A stretch of 63,209 bases of DNA from a virus (taxonomy: Duplodnaviria > Caudoviricetes). The notes beneath the pieces are model-generated. The model had not been told where the DNA came from. It saw nothing but the letters and a program-made list of their open reading frames with translations, and ran no database searches. The stretch lies in the IMG/VR virus record IMGVR_UViG_3300009181_000078, positions 1 through 63,209 of that record; one strand, 5' to 3'. Positions within the stretch are counted from its first letter, which is position 1, and every line of letters starts with the position of its first letter. This document shows, in pieces, positions 55,186 to 63,209 of the stretch. The translations under genes were made by a program, and so were the position numbers.

Positions 55186-56139
55186 TTATTGTTGCATACT
55201 AAATGTAGGCTGTTCGTGTTGTTGTTGTGCCATACCAAACTGAGTAACTTCAGTCTCACGAATAGATATACCCGCATATTCAAGTATTTTAGTTACCAAT
55301 TTATATTCATCTTCAGTAGGCAATTCAAAATCTTGATAGTCTCCTTGAGATTGGTCAAATACCGGCTCCCCATTAGCTAAAGTAATGTATGTCCATTTTG
55401 GCACCTTAGGGTATCTAAAATAGGTTGCTTGCACTTGACCCTTGTTACTTATCGTTGTAGGGTAGAAAGTCAACTCATTGCCTTGTAATGCGTAAATAGG
55501 GAACTCTTTAGTCGGTTGCGTCAAGTTAGAATTAACTAACAATGTAAGTTTATTGTTAATTACTTTTTCTGCTTGAACAACAGTAGCCGAAGAAACAATA
55601 GCATAAGCGTTTCCTGAAGCTAAAAATATATTTGAATCTAATTGTAAAACCGTATTGCTTACTACCGATACCACCGTAGATACTAATGCTGTAGTTAAAT
55701 TTGTTACTACGTCTCCTGCTGAAATATCTAATGATGAAAATCCACCTGAACTATCAACCAATTGGTTAGAAACTACTGATGTATTTGTTCCTGTCTTAAG
55801 AAGAACCGGCTTGCATTTAACATCCAACAACATATAAGTATCGTAGCCTGTAGTTGTAGGAGTAGGCATTGAGAATTTATTAGCAGAAATTTTTGTAAGA
55901 TAATCTGTTCTTAAGAAATATTCTAATACCTCTGCAATAGGTTGTTCAATATCAGCGTAATCTACTCCTGATGTACGAGTGTTTTCGGCATTTATAACTT
56001 TATTATAATTACTGAAGTACTCCTCATATATCTCCATCTGTGAGTTTGCAGCAAACAAATTGAAATCAGAAGGAGATAAATATCCGTAGTTGTTCTTATT
56101 CAACACAGATAGAACCGCATTTCTTACTGAGTTTATCAT
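55186..56139 (-). CDS. Tail ring/adaptor protein (start moved to MINSV)
   Basis: NKNNYGYLSP..FN, Y.RYPK.PKW; the longer start overlaps the promoter and terminator. Confidence 0.65.
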   Translation of the reverse strand: MINSVRNAVLSVLNKNNYGYLSPSDFNLFAANSQMEIYEEYFSNYNKVINAENTRTSGVDYADIEQPIAEVLEYFLRTDYLTKISANKFSMPTPTTTGYDTYMLLDVKCKPVLLKTGTNTSVVSNQLVDSSGGFSSLDISAGDVVTNLTTALVSTVVSVVSNTVLQLDSNIFLASGNAYAIVSSATVVQAEKVINNKLTLLVNSNLTQPTKEFPIYALQGNELTFYPTTISNKGQVQATYFRYPKVPKWTYITLANGEPVFDQSQGDYQDFELPTEDEYKLVTKILEYAGISIRETEVTQFGMAQQQHEQPTFSMQQ

Positions 56140-56153
56140 TAGTTCTTTTTTTA

Positions 56154-56200
56154 CAAATATACATAAAAAAAAAGAGGGCACAATAAGTGCCCCCTCTTTC
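56154..56200 (-). terminator. Terminator (56165-56200) followed by -7 element TATATTTG (56154-56161)
   Basis: GAGGGGGCAC-TTATT-GTGCCCTC-T9 on the minus strand. Confidence 0.75.
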
Positions 56201-56227
56201 TAATCATCAATCAACAATCAGTATTTA

Positions 56228-56971
56228 CTAACCTAAAGTTGCTTCTAACATCTTTAGAGAGTCTATACCTTCATCGCTCTGTAAGAAGTGGGCGACCATT
56301 TCATAGGGGTCTTCTCCAAACGGAACTGATAACATCTTCTTTTTGTTGGTGGCAGTATTAAACCATACCTCTTTCTCACCATTTCTTAATATCAATAATT
56401 TGTTCTCAAAGAATGTACGAACCTTAGCTTGAAACTTCAATTCAGGGTCATTCAATATGTTTAAGAACTCTCTTGGGTCTCTTTTAGCAAATACCAATAT
56501 ATCACGCTTTAATTCAGCAGTAGATATGGTAGATGGGTCTTTACCAAACATTACTCTCGTAAGAGTCTCTAATTGGTCTGTTGTAAGCTGACGTGCTTCA
56601 ACTAATGCTTCAATCTCTAAATCCAAATCTTGAACCTCTTCTGCTGCATCCTTCTCCTTATCTACCTCTACAAAAATGTTGCCATTTAAGGGATGGTAAT
56701 GTAAGAACTGCTGCAATACAGGGTTTGTTCTTGGAACTCTTAAAAAGCCATCTTCAAAAATGATAGGCTCAATAATAAAGTTTCCGTCTTGTTCGTCCTC
56801 AAATGGGGACTTTTGGTTTGTGCAATATCTTAATGCACGATTCATATTGTTCTTCTCGTCAAACCACATTAGTGGAAAACGAGGGTGATTCCTTGACGCT
56901 AACGTGTAAGATAGCGGGTTTCCTATTTTCAACTTATAGACTTTGTCTACAGATGTTATACTTTTTGCCAT
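56228..56971 (-). CDS. Conserved hypothetical protein downstream of the capsid gene
   Basis: ORF track. Confidence 0.75.
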   Translation of the reverse strand: MAKSITSVDKVYKLKIGNPLSYTLASRNHPRFPLMWFDEKNNMNRALRYCTNQKSPFEDEQDGNFIIEPIIFEDGFLRVPRTNPVLQQFLHYHPLNGNIFVEVDKEKDAAEEVQDLDLEIEALVEARQLTTDQLETLTRVMFGKDPSTISTAELKRDILVFAKRDPREFLNILNDPELKFQAKVRTFFENKLLILRNGEKEVWFNTATNKKKMLSVPFGEDPYEMVAHFLQSDEGIDSLKMLEATLG

Positions 56972-57002
56972 TTTGTATTTAATTTAATTTGATTTAATTT
57001 TT

Positions 57003-57035
57003 AAAAAAGGAGAGTGTCTTTGAAGACACCCTCCC
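57003..57035 (-). terminator. Capsid-gene terminator whose stem core is 16-bp palindrome copy 9 (57014-57029)
   Basis: Minus strand GGGAGG-GTGTCTTCAAAGACAC-TCTCC-TTTTTT. Confidence 0.85.
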
Positions 57036-57053
57036 TGTAATTTTCTTCCTTTA

Positions 57054-58472
57054 TTATCCGTAACGGAATAAAACGAAGTTGTTAGCACCCAAGGTACATA
57101 CGCAACGCTCAGAAAGGAAGTTAACCTCCATTGCATCCAAGTCGCTGTTAGCAGCACCACCGGCAGAACCTGTAATCCAAGTCTTGTATCTGCGGTCTTC
57201 AGCTTCAGAAGCACGGTAACGAACGTGTAAGAAAGGACGCTTGGCGTTCTTGCCCATAATTTGGTCGTACACTGAAGTAGAACCTGCAGGAACCATCAAA
57301 CCTGTGATAGTACCGGTTGCAGTTGCAGCAGTAGTATTTAAACCACCACGCATTGTTGGGTCATTTAAGTATTTCCAATCAGACTTGTAGAAGTCATAAC
57401 CTCTACGGAATCCTGTGAAACCTAAATTTAACGCCATATCAACATCGTTATCGAAAAGACCGAAAGAAGCTGATTGAGCGACACCACCTGAAGTGTAGCC
57501 GTTCAATGTAGCTAACATATTGTCAATGTCGAAACTTAATCCACGATTTACGAATACTACGTTCTCTTCGATAGCACCTTGCTTATCTAAACGAGAAACG
57601 ATAGAATCCCAATCAGATAAAGTTGTTGGAGTACCACCACCCCAAACGTTACCACGATTGTTTACAACGTAGAAAATACCTTGAGAACCAATGTATCCTG
57701 CAGTTGCAGCACCTGAAGAAGATGCAGCAGGAACCGCTTCAATCATTGCAGTCTCTAAGTAATCTTCAAAACGTAAACGAGTCTCGTGCTCTGATTTCAA
57801 ATACCACAAGTATCCTGTAGCACCGTTCTCAGTAGTAACTTCAACCCAACCGATTTGAGCCATATCAGAGCCATTAACCGCATACTTATCTTTAATGATA
57901 ATAGGGTTATTGCTGTAGATATCATCTTCAGATTCTAAAGAACCAACCATTCCGTTAGTACCTTTTTTGAACTCAGAACCATAAATGAATACAGTACATT
58001 GAGTAGAAACTGCGAATGCTTGACCTGCAGTCTCATAGTAAGCTACTGTGAAAGTAGTTGCTGAAGGAACTGCTGTTACGATAGCCTTGTTGAAAACCCC
58101 TGATGAGTTGTTTTGAATCATCAAAGTTTGTCCAACACGGATAGCTATGTAAGTTACACCACTATCAGCTACAGTGAAAGTTGCTGTTGAAGCTGCTGCC
58201 GCTGCTGCTGAAGTACAGTTTGTGTACTTAATGTGTAAACGTCCTTGTTCTGCCCATTTAATTTGGTCAGAATTAGACGGCATCTCTGCTCCTACCATAC
58301 GTAAGAAAGATGCGATTGTTCTATTACCATAACGCTCAAATTCTTTTTCATAAGTATCAGGAAGATACTGAGTCAAAAAGTTGAAGTTGGTAATGTAGTT
58401 TGTTTGTAACGCTACCTGTTCTGCAGAGGGCTGCAGGGCATAGGTAGGGGTACTTAAAAGTGCACTTGCCAT
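57054..58472 (-). CDS. Major capsid protein
   Basis: 472 aa after portal and scaffold, strong codon bias, own terminator; W.EQGRLH and LGANNF.LF motifs. Confidence 0.85.
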   Translation of the reverse strand: MASALLSTPTYALQPSAEQVALQTNYITNFNFLTQYLPDTYEKEFERYGNRTIASFLRMVGAEMPSNSDQIKWAEQGRLHIKYTNCTSAAAAAASTATFTVADSGVTYIAIRVGQTLMIQNNSSGVFNKAIVTAVPSATTFTVAYYETAGQAFAVSTQCTVFIYGSEFKKGTNGMVGSLESEDDIYSNNPIIIKDKYAVNGSDMAQIGWVEVTTENGATGYLWYLKSEHETRLRFEDYLETAMIEAVPAASSSGAATAGYIGSQGIFYVVNNRGNVWGGGTPTTLSDWDSIVSRLDKQGAIEENVVFVNRGLSFDIDNMLATLNGYTSGGVAQSASFGLFDNDVDMALNLGFTGFRRGYDFYKSDWKYLNDPTMRGGLNTTAATATGTITGLMVPAGSTSVYDQIMGKNAKRPFLHVRYRASEAEDRRYKTWITGSAGGAANSDLDAMEVNFLSERCVCTLGANNFVLFRYG

Positions 58473-58492
58473 TTTTTTAAAATTTTAATTGT

Positions 58493-59578
58493 TTATATTC
58501 TTTTTATACTGCGTATTTTCAGGTTTCTACCTGAATCAGGGTTTACAGCTTTTACCTGAAATCCATCGTTTGATTTACCAACTTCGGGGGCTTTTCTATC
58601 TGACATATTGATGTTCTTGATTTTACGAGTAACATCGTCAGTAGCGTCAGCCATCCCTTGTTCATAAAAAAACTTAGCAAATTTGTCAGGATGCATTGCT
58701 ATAGACAAGGACCTATGATAACCTGATGCGTCTTTCATCAAACCTTGCTCATCTAAGAACTTATTAATAAAGTTCTGTGGTGTAGCTTGGTTCTTTTTCA
58801 ACTCATTGGCGTCTCCCGGAGCAAACGTGAACTTCTTGTCATTAACATTGAACTCAAAACCTTTGAACTCTCCGCTAAAAACATCGTTCGTCTTTTGGTC
58901 AAACCATTGACGCTTACGATTGTTCTCCTCTTCTATGGTCTTTGCCTGTTGGGTATATTGCTTGAAACTTTCGTACACTTCTTTTTCTTCATCCGGAACA
59001 AATGCCATTCTTGACTCAAGGGGCATTTTATATTGTTCCTTTTGGGAATTAAAGTATTTCTTGGCTTCAGCAAGAACTTTCTTTTTTGCGATTTTTGCCT
59101 TTTTAACAGTTGATTCATCGTCTAACTCAGCGTCAAACTTATACTCATCCATTAACGTCTCAATGTCATCACTATCAAGACCATCCTGTGTGGATGCAAG
59201 GTATTCTTTAAGCAATTGGTCAGGGTCCATTTTTTCAAAGTCCTTTCTCAATCTGACAAAGTCTTCAAACCCACGTCCTGTGTCTTGCTTGTATTTCATA
59301 AAAGCAGCTACATCTTCAGGTAATTGCTCAGCTTCTTTACGCTCAGCTACCAATTCATCCAATGAATTAATCTGCTTGTTATATCTCTTACCAATATATG
59401 AAAGAACATCTTCATCCTTTAAATCAACGCCTGCAGGTATTGGGTCTACTATAACCTCTTTCTCTGTTTCGTTGGTTTCTTGATTTAACGACTGCTCGTG
59501 CTTATCAAGTAATTGTTGTTCCACCTCTTGAACACTCTTAGGTTCAAGGATTTCTACGGCTCTAACTTTATATTCCAT
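58493..59578 (-). CDS. Probable capsid scaffolding protein
   Basis: Acidic and helical, between portal and MCP; -7 element TATTTTTG at 59599-59606. Confidence 0.65.
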   Translation of the reverse strand: MEYKVRAVEILEPKSVQEVEQQLLDKHEQSLNQETNETEKEVIVDPIPAGVDLKDEDVLSYIGKRYNKQINSLDELVAERKEAEQLPEDVAAFMKYKQDTGRGFEDFVRLRKDFEKMDPDQLLKEYLASTQDGLDSDDIETLMDEYKFDAELDDESTVKKAKIAKKKVLAEAKKYFNSQKEQYKMPLESRMAFVPDEEKEVYESFKQYTQQAKTIEEENNRKRQWFDQKTNDVFSGEFKGFEFNVNDKKFTFAPGDANELKKNQATPQNFINKFLDEQGLMKDASGYHRSLSIAMHPDKFAKFFYEQGMADATDDVTRKIKNINMSDRKAPEVGKSNDGFQVKAVNPDSGRNLKIRSIKRI

Positions 59579-59624
59579 TTGATTTGATTTTATTTATACA
59601 AAAATAGATAAAAATTTCGACATT

Positions 59625-62060
59625 TTAACGAGGCTCAAATTCAGCTAAATCAAACCCATCCAAGCTATCCTCATTTGACTCAAAAGTCATTGGAGGTAAG
59701 TTGTTCTTTCTTTGGTTAATTAACTTAGATTGTTCGGTATTTTGTTGGCTAATTCTTTTGGCTTTTGCATCTTCTTTCATTTGGTCTCTCTTATCTAAAG
59801 TCCCAACCTCCATACCGTGTAATTGCATATTATATTGGAACTCTTCACGCATTAGGTGAGATTTCATCTCTGCTTCTTTTTCCATTTTTTGAATATCAAA
59901 TGCAACCTCAGCTTGTTTAATCTGCATCTTAGCCCTTGCTTCCAACTCAATTTTCTGCATTGCAACTTGCCCTGCCATCTCTTGAGCCTTCAATTGTTGT
60001 TGAGACATCATTGCTTGCTTCTGCATTTCATTCTTCTCTAAACGCTCTTGAGTCTTAACTCGCTTCATCTTCAATAACTGATTAGCAAGTTTAATATTGC
60101 GAATCTCACGAATGTCAATAGCATCTTCAAGGTTAATATCACCTTTAGATAATGCCATTTGAATATTAGCTTCAAGCTGTGCTTTTTGCTCTTCATCAGG
60201 TGAAACCTCAATGAATATACCAAAGTCATAAATATAAAGGTCGCTAATGTCTTCTAAAATAGAAACATTATACTTACCAATCTGATTGATAAACTCGTCT
60301 TTAAAGTCAGCGTATTCTAAAATATCTCCTACTCTATAAGTAAGAGCCTCTGCTAATGAACGATAAACGAACAATGAACCATCAAGGATATGTCTCGTAG
60401 CTGTATTAGAGTTTAATGCAGCTAACTTCTGTAGACCAACCAATGAATTAGGGTCAGGGTTAGAACCATCTCTTGCCTCGTTAAGACCGGTCACAGACCT
60501 AATCATATCAATGTAGTGGTTCATATTTGTAATCAACATCTGCGTTTTAGCAGCACCTGAGTTAGAGTTTAACTGAGTGATAGGCACTCTTGCGTTGTTA
60601 AAATCTCCATCTTGAGTAAAACTTCTACCAATTACACTACCTGTTTGGAAGTATAATCTTAAAGCATCCTCAGGACTATATGCATTACCCGTACCTAAGT
60701 CAATCTCATTTAAACCATCGGCATCAATAAAGACACCATCCGGCACAGTACGAGCAATAACTTGTTGTAATTTTAAATGCGTAATTTGAATCAAGTCAGC
60801 AAACGGTATCATCCTTCTACATAATGACTCAATAACTCCCTTATACATACGTGGAGCACACGCTACGTAGTTTGGCAATGCGTGTTGAGATGCTGACTTA
60901 GGACGAACCATATTCTCAGATAACTTCCACTGCAAAATAATATTGGTACCCATCACCATAATACCTTCATACCAAACGTCAATTGTTTTATCAATCTTCT
61001 CAAAGTTACCTTCTTCCATCATTTCTGTTGGAGGATTAAATGTCTCGTCTTTCTCAATAACACGAGAGCCACCACCTTCAAGTTTTTTCTTTTTATAAAT
61101 TACTCTCTTAGTAGTTTTATAATTAAAATACATCAAAGTGCAAGTATCACGAGCAAACATACTATTCTCATAGAATTGTGCTACGTTATAGTAATCATAC
61201 CATCCTTGGCTATATTGTGTAATTTCTTGTAAATCTTCTCTTGTTAAAGATTGGTCAATCTTCATTAACTCTAATACAGGAAGTGTTTTAATTTCTCCCC
61301 AATAAAAACAATCTTTAAAAAATGGGTCTTCTGTATAACTATAAACAATGTTAGCAGGGTCAACATATGAAATCTTAACGCCTGTACCTTGTAAAAATTC
61401 GTGCTTTGCAACTTCAATACCAATTACCGTTGCATCATAATCAAGTCTTTTTCTTAAATCATCATAATGATTGTCATCAAAAATAGTATTGATTGCTTCT
61501 TCTTCTGCAATCTCAATAGCCGGCTTATAGTTAAGCTGCATATACAATGACAACTCTTCATCAGTCTCGGGTAATTTCTCCGGGTCCATCATAAAAGTAT
61601 CTACACCTGTCTTGTCTTTGATGGTAGATAAAATATCTTTTGATACCATTTGAGACTCAACCATATCTTGATACTTACTTCTTTTAGATTGAGACATTGC
61701 ATCTTGTGCATACGCCTTAACTTTAAAGAGTCTATCAGACATTCCATTGACAACGATGTCAACAAACTTTGGTATAATAGGAACAGGAGTCCAATCTAAA
61801 TTTAGATAAGATAAATCTCCATCAATAGCCAATTCATTTTTATATTTAGAAATAGGCTGTTCCCCTCTTGCATACAATCTTAACCTACGGAAATCTCTCC
61901 ATTGGCTATAGTATCTACAAGAGTTTCCGTCCTTCCTAAACCACTCATACTGTATGGCTTGCCCTATTTGTAAGCCAAAGGAATCTGATGCTTTTTCGGC
62001 ATCAGTTGCCATCTGACTTGGGAATGATACAGCGTTTATTGCTATTGCTAAATTTTTCAT
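59625..62060 (-). CDS. Portal protein
   Basis: 811 aa directly after terL; PIIPKFVDIVVNG, VTGLNEARDG, C-terminal Q-rich coil. Confidence 0.85.
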   Translation of the reverse strand: MKNLAIAINAVSFPSQMATDAEKASDSFGLQIGQAIQYEWFRKDGNSCRYYSQWRDFRRLRLYARGEQPISKYKNELAIDGDLSYLNLDWTPVPIIPKFVDIVVNGMSDRLFKVKAYAQDAMSQSKRSKYQDMVESQMVSKDILSTIKDKTGVDTFMMDPEKLPETDEELSLYMQLNYKPAIEIAEEEAINTIFDDNHYDDLRKRLDYDATVIGIEVAKHEFLQGTGVKISYVDPANIVYSYTEDPFFKDCFYWGEIKTLPVLELMKIDQSLTREDLQEITQYSQGWYDYYNVAQFYENSMFARDTCTLMYFNYKTTKRVIYKKKKLEGGGSRVIEKDETFNPPTEMMEEGNFEKIDKTIDVWYEGIMVMGTNIILQWKLSENMVRPKSASQHALPNYVACAPRMYKGVIESLCRRMIPFADLIQITHLKLQQVIARTVPDGVFIDADGLNEIDLGTGNAYSPEDALRLYFQTGSVIGRSFTQDGDFNNARVPITQLNSNSGAAKTQMLITNMNHYIDMIRSVTGLNEARDGSNPDPNSLVGLQKLAALNSNTATRHILDGSLFVYRSLAEALTYRVGDILEYADFKDEFINQIGKYNVSILEDISDLYIYDFGIFIEVSPDEEQKAQLEANIQMALSKGDINLEDAIDIREIRNIKLANQLLKMKRVKTQERLEKNEMQKQAMMSQQQLKAQEMAGQVAMQKIELEARAKMQIKQAEVAFDIQKMEKEAEMKSHLMREEFQYNMQLHGMEVGTLDKRDQMKEDAKAKRISQQNTEQSKLINQRKNNLPPMTFESNEDSLDGFDLAEFEPR

Positions 62061-63209
62061 CTAATCAATTGACTTGTTGTTCCTTCGTTTTTATACTTAG
62101 CGAAGTTAATAATTAATTTTGATTCTTTTTTCTCCGGCATATATAAGTGCTTCTGATTAGCCATAATACATAATCCTGAACTGATAGAAGCATCAAATTT
62201 TGTTCTGTCATTTATATCAAATCGTGCCCAATCTTCAAGAGTTCTTGTAAATGGCATTGTTCCCATCTCCTCCGGGTCTCTATATTTTGCTTCTAAATCT
62301 AATCCTACAAATTTCTCAATGTAAGACTCAATTGCAGAAGCGTGTGCTTGCTTAACATCTTCTGATGAGTTTGGAATACCTCCTAACTCTTTCTCAGTCT
62401 TTGTCAGCTTTGCCATTTGCTTATCCGGTCTATTAATAGAGAAACCTCTATATCCTCTATTTTTTATATGGTATAAAAGTCTTGGTTTGTTATTCTCCAC
62501 TAAGATAGGCATTCCATAGAATACGCACGCCATTAATACTTCTTCAAAAAATATTTCCGCTGTTTGTGGACGAGAAATATATTCTAAAAAAAACTGATTA
62601 ACAGGAGCGTCATCCATATGAAACTTAGTCATACCGTGAAGAGCACCATTAGAACCACGTCCTCCAACAACTGCTGAAATGTCATAAGAGTCACAACCAA
62701 AAGAACCAAGGTGCTCATTGCCGGGATATTTAATCCCATTGCGTATATGCACATTGTTCTGCATATGCTTAGGTGGTGCCCAACTAATGTTAAATCTACC
62801 ACGTGTATCAGGAGTCCAAATAACCTCAGTGTCTTTAATGCCATCCTTCCAAGAAAAAGACCCACGAGTAAGGTAATGTTCCTTAATCATTGAGTCGTTA
62901 TAGTCAATCTGTTGATATAGTTTAGTTAAATTGAACAAGGCTTGCTTGCTCTCGTCTCTGAAAGCGTGAGACTCTGTACGTGGGAACTGACGATAAAATT
63001 CATTCAGTGCATCAGCGTCACTCTTTAAAGAGTCAACCTCTGCTTCCCAATAGTCAATGGCTCCGTTTATAATCCAATTGCCATCTACGCCCATTACAGG
63101 CTCATCAGGCTTACGGAATACAGGATGACCATATCTATCTATAAATCCTTCCATATTCCACTCCATAGGTACAAACAGGGCATATAAGCCACTCTTAGTT
63201 TGTCCGTTG
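62057..63209 (-). CDS. terL: Terminase large subunit, C-terminal nuclease half
   Basis: FYRQFP, FGCDSYD, ILVENNK and TKFDASISSG RNase H-like acidic residues; in frame with 1-1152. Confidence 0.9.
   Translation of the reverse strand, partial: NGQTKSGLYALFVPMEWNMEGFIDRYGHPVFRKPDEPVMGVDGNWIINGAIDYWEAEVDSLKSDADALNEFYRQFPRTESHAFRDESKQALFNLTKLYQQIDYNDSMIKEHYLTRGSFSWKDGIKDTEVIWTPDTRGRFNISWAPPKHMQNNVHIRNGIKYPGNEHLGSFGCDSYDISAVVGGRGSNGALHGMTKFHMDDAPVNQFFLEYISRPQTAEIFFEEVLMACVFYGMPILVENNKPRLLYHIKNRGYRGFSINRPDKQMAKLTKTEKELGGIPNSSEDVKQAHASAIESYIEKFVGLDLEAKYRDPEEMGTMPFTRTLEDWARFDINDRTKFDASISSGLCIMANQKHLYMPEKKESKLIINFAKYKNEGTTSQLIR

Noticed and set aside
56984-57214. Frameshift extension of the capsid protein
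   Set aside because: The alternative-frame ORF runs through the terminator, and I see no clear slippery site at the MCP end.
1-63209. Stop-codon reassignment as in some crAss-like phages
   Set aside because: Long genes are intact in the standard code, and TAA, TAG and TGA all end genes.

Overview
The window appears to be a complete, circularly permuted lytic phage genome of about 63.15 kb: a podovirus-type Caudoviricetes phage that probably infects Bacteroidota (TAnnTTTG promoters, no Shine-Dalgarno sites). It is cut inside the terminase large subunit gene; bases 1-55 and 63155-63209 are the same 55-nt stretch with 8 synonymous differences. The minus strand (36.6 kb to the end, then 1-21.6 kb) carries late genes: terminase, portal, scaffold, capsid, tail proteins, internal virion proteins, a 2793-aa tail fibre, a lysis cassette and GroEL/GroES. 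The plus strand (22.1-36.7 kb) carries early and replication genes: amidoligase, GATase-II/GGCT fusion, DnaA-C-like HTH, Sak, RecE-like nuclease, SSB, primase-helicase, SF2 helicase and VRR-NUC. The strongest unexpected signal is three type III hammerhead ribozymes in intergenic gaps of the early operon (23707-23757, 24725-24773, 26782-26832). Each follows a 16-bp palindrome, GTGTCTTnnAAGACAC, of which I found nine copies genome-wide. Together these suggest a self-cleaving mRNA-processing cassette acting on the transcript that encodes the amidoligase/GATase/GGCT enzymes. Also present are two homologous iteron-like CGACAT arrays, a tRNA-like RNA and apparent strong tetramer avoidance. All protein calls come from motif recognition by eye, not from database searches.
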